NCBI GenBank assembly: GCA_000934665.2
Contig: KZ538707.1
Coordinates: 1-52,566 of the forward strand
Length of the DNA: 52,566 bases
Reading direction: 5' to 3'
From: Catajapyx aquilonaris
Lineage: Eukaryota
Of the stretch, positions 49,570-52,566 are shown one piece after another (the stretch's first letter is position 1; every line of letters begins with the position of its first letter). Made by a program: the position numbers and the translations under genes. Under the pieces are notes generated by a model. It did no database searches. It was not told where the DNA came from and saw only the letters and a program-made list of their open reading frames with translations.

Positions 49570-52566
49570 GAGTGGCAGGAGGGTTCGGTGTCAGGCCCGT
49601 CCCAAAAATGTGATTCCAGTATGCAGGTTTTGAATGGAAGTTTTTTGTTTGGGGAGGGAGGTTTTGTGATGCTGCGAGGCTGCCAGAGGGTGAAGCACTT
49701 GCCTAAAACAGATTATGGGGTAATTTGGCATATCAGATGACATAGATCAAGCAATATGTGGGATGGAGGGGTGATGTTTTGCATCCAAGTGTTTTCATAA
49801 TCAAGCTCAGCAATATGAGAGGAGGAAGGAGTGATACCTTGAATCAAAGTGTTTTCATGATCCATGGCAAGCAATTTTCATCTCAAATGGTACAATCATC
49901 AGCATTTACTTTGATCTGATAATAATTGATATCACAATCCACAACAAGGGATGCTCAGGATGAGCATTTACAGAGCAAGTCCTCATTCTTTATCATCAAA
50001 CTACTCAGTGTGTTTGTTGCTACTTACAAAGTATTTACTGTTATTTTTGTTCACAGACATGACTTATTGTTGTAGCTATTTTTTAGAGGCTGTACTGCCA
50101 AACAGCTATATGGATTGGCTCATGTCTTTCTTGAATAGCAGTGTCTACTTTGTAATGGATTGAAAGTTACATGGATTGAAGAATTAGGGCACGTTCTGTA
50201 TTGAGTCAAGAGTTTAGTACCCCCCAAGCTTGCGAGATTGACATCCGAGGTTAGGGTTTATTACTAATGAATGATCTTGAGCCTTTTTGATTATAGGGGA
50301 CCTTTCATGAAGTTTGATCATAATTCAAGACCCTTTTTGATAATTCGAGCCTAAGCACTTTGGTTGCCAAGCAGCTAAGCAGTAGCACTGAATTACTCAG
50401 AAGCAAAAAAAGCAGGAGGCGGAAGATAGTGGAAGCTACTGATATAGGGTAGTAGGTCGTGTTTGATGATGAGAGAACCGTGTTTGATAGTCCGAAGCAA
50501 TGTTAATAGCAGACTCGAGCGGCAATGACTAGTAAACAAGACTGATGCATATGTATATAAGGCGCAGTAGTCCAAATGGTCACAGACCGATCTTTTTATT
50601 TCTTTTTTTTATGGAGATACATTGAGATTATGTAGAAAGGCTAACAGTGCTATCCTGGAGAAGATAAAATAGTATTTCGATAGTATTAATGACATTGTTT
50701 CTGTGGAAACTTTTGGCCTCCTTCATGAGAGCCGGTTTTTTTCTAATGAATTCTCAGCGCCAGCGATTGATTTTTGCTGCCTTTGATTCAGGAAAAGACT
50801 GATTTCTCTGGTTTTTTTGGTACGATGATGTATAGCAAGGAGAGCAAAGAATCTGAGTATCTCTGGGTCTTTCCCCCACCACCCTCCCCCCTTTTTTCCC
50901 CCTCTACCCTTGTCCATCCAACCTTGCTGCCACCCACACCCCATTTCACAATTTTTTGTAAAATGACATTTTCTCGAGTCCCGTCCCTCTTTCTAGTTCT
51001 TCGGAGTAGGGTTAGGTGTATAACTTACTAGAAAAACTACATATCCCCAAGTTGAGAGAAAGCTGTGCTGTTGTAATGAAAAGTTAACTGTTGCAGATAA
51101 GACCATAACAATGTACTGTACTGTAAATTATGTACTCGGAGCTTCCTCCTCCTGGAACATTAATTATATGGTTTATGAAATGGTTTGGTGGGTTCAGAAT
51201 AAGAGCGGAGGGAAAAATGGAAGCCTAGTCACTGTGGACATTTTTTACTTTTTTCTCTCCCTCGCATCGGTAATGGATCTCATTATTTTTGTTTTCCCAT
51301 TGTGTGTGGCGAGTGTGTGTGCGTGTATGTGGCCCTGGTGTGTAGGTAGAGCTTTTCTTTCTTTTTGTTACCTTACACTCCCTCAGCCACCCCACTTCCT
51401 AATTACAACCTTTCAACCAAGTGTCACTGTTTCTATATGACCCCTATTATTATTGTGACATTTGACTTCAGGGAGATTTTTCAATCTGCTTATTTCTGTG
51501 GGATACGTCTTTTTTGTTCTGGCAATGTCAATGTATCTTGTACAGTTGGGACCTTATTTGTTTCACTCCACCACAGCTGGGTTTAGAAGGCTTACCGTGG
51601 CAGTCAGAGGATGTGTTTATTTTTGTAGTTCTGGGTCAGTCCCTGTTCCAGAAGCTGGAAAAAAGAAAGTGGGCAGAGAATCTCTCGACTGGCTGTTTTT
51701 CTTTTTGATGACAATACGTTATTCAGTGTTCCGGCTGTAATCATGTATCGTGTATCTGATTAAAAATAATCGCCCTTACCATTCACAAAGGTCTCATGAT
51801 TCCTAAGCACATCAGTATTACTCCAACACAGCCATACCTTGCTTTTCAGTGTGTGGCTACTACGGTTCTTTCAGTTACATTCACATTATTATATTTGGTA
51901 CTTGCATTGCTCTTGATATTTCGTATGAAGGATTCTCAACCTGCACTGGTCACTAACTACCATGACAGGAAAATACCCTGCTTGTAATGGATAGGCAGAG
52001 TGTCCATTTCTACAAGTACTTGCTCTGATCTGAAAATATTGGGACACCCCCAAAAAATGGAGTGGTGGGGTTATACACAGGATGTGATAAAAAGTTTCCA
52101 TTAAGATTATCTGGACTTTAGAATGGATAATTATGAATAGTAACAATTGAGCTAGGAGGATACCAAATTTGAAGATCATTTGACAGTTAACAACTGAAAT
52201 AAATACGATTATACCTTGGACAGTGAATTTCTGTGGCGTCTGGTAAAAATTGCTGCCACTATGTTAATTTCTTACTTAGTGGGATGTAAATGTTGATAAT
52301 GAACCTGAGGGGCCGCACAAACCCAAAAACAGTTATGACATTAATTACAAAAAATCTAGCACAAAATTAAAAAATATTTATCATGGCTTGCAGATATGCC
52401 ATTTTCTGTGCATTTTTGAATTAAGGAATATTTAAAGCCATTTTACTTTAATTGCAATGATATTTTTTTTCATAGCACATTGGACTGAGTTCTAGATAAA
52501 CAATACTATCACATTTTAATTTATTAATAAATAACACCGTTAAATGTGGTACAGCCAAGTGTATCC

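Noticed and set aside
1..52566. CRISPR array, rRNA, snRNA or prokaryotic/viral gene cluster
   Set aside because: No regularly spaced repeats, no recognisable structural RNA gene and no dense intronless ORF block.

Overview
Eukaryotic genomic DNA, most likely an insect or other arthropod (the kinase N-terminus is of the Drosophila ik2 type). It carries four spliced protein-coding genes arranged <- -> <- ->: a MARVEL-domain (CKLF/CMTM/plasmolipin-like) membrane protein on the minus strand (last exon not found), VAC14 (+, 10 coding exons, 734 aa), IKKepsilon/TBK1 (-, 3 coding exons, 756 aa) and MTSS1/missing-in-metastasis (+, 11 coding exons, about 931 aa, IMD to WH2). The genes form two divergent pairs. 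Main points: two U12-type (minor spliceosome) GT-AG introns in VAC14, one only 63 nt; a VAC14-MTSS linkage that recalls the human VAC14-MTSS2 neighbourhood, with an intron-poor IKK gene in between; a ~200-nt branched fold-back in an IKK intron; a sharp CpG mosaic; and small mobile elements (TSD-flanked retroposon tail, tRNA-derived SINE with a related tail, TA-flanked MITE, hAT fossil). Gene models were built by hand from splice signals and reading-frame continuity. No prokaryotic-type system (CRISPR, operon) is present, and most short ORFs in the track are spurious.
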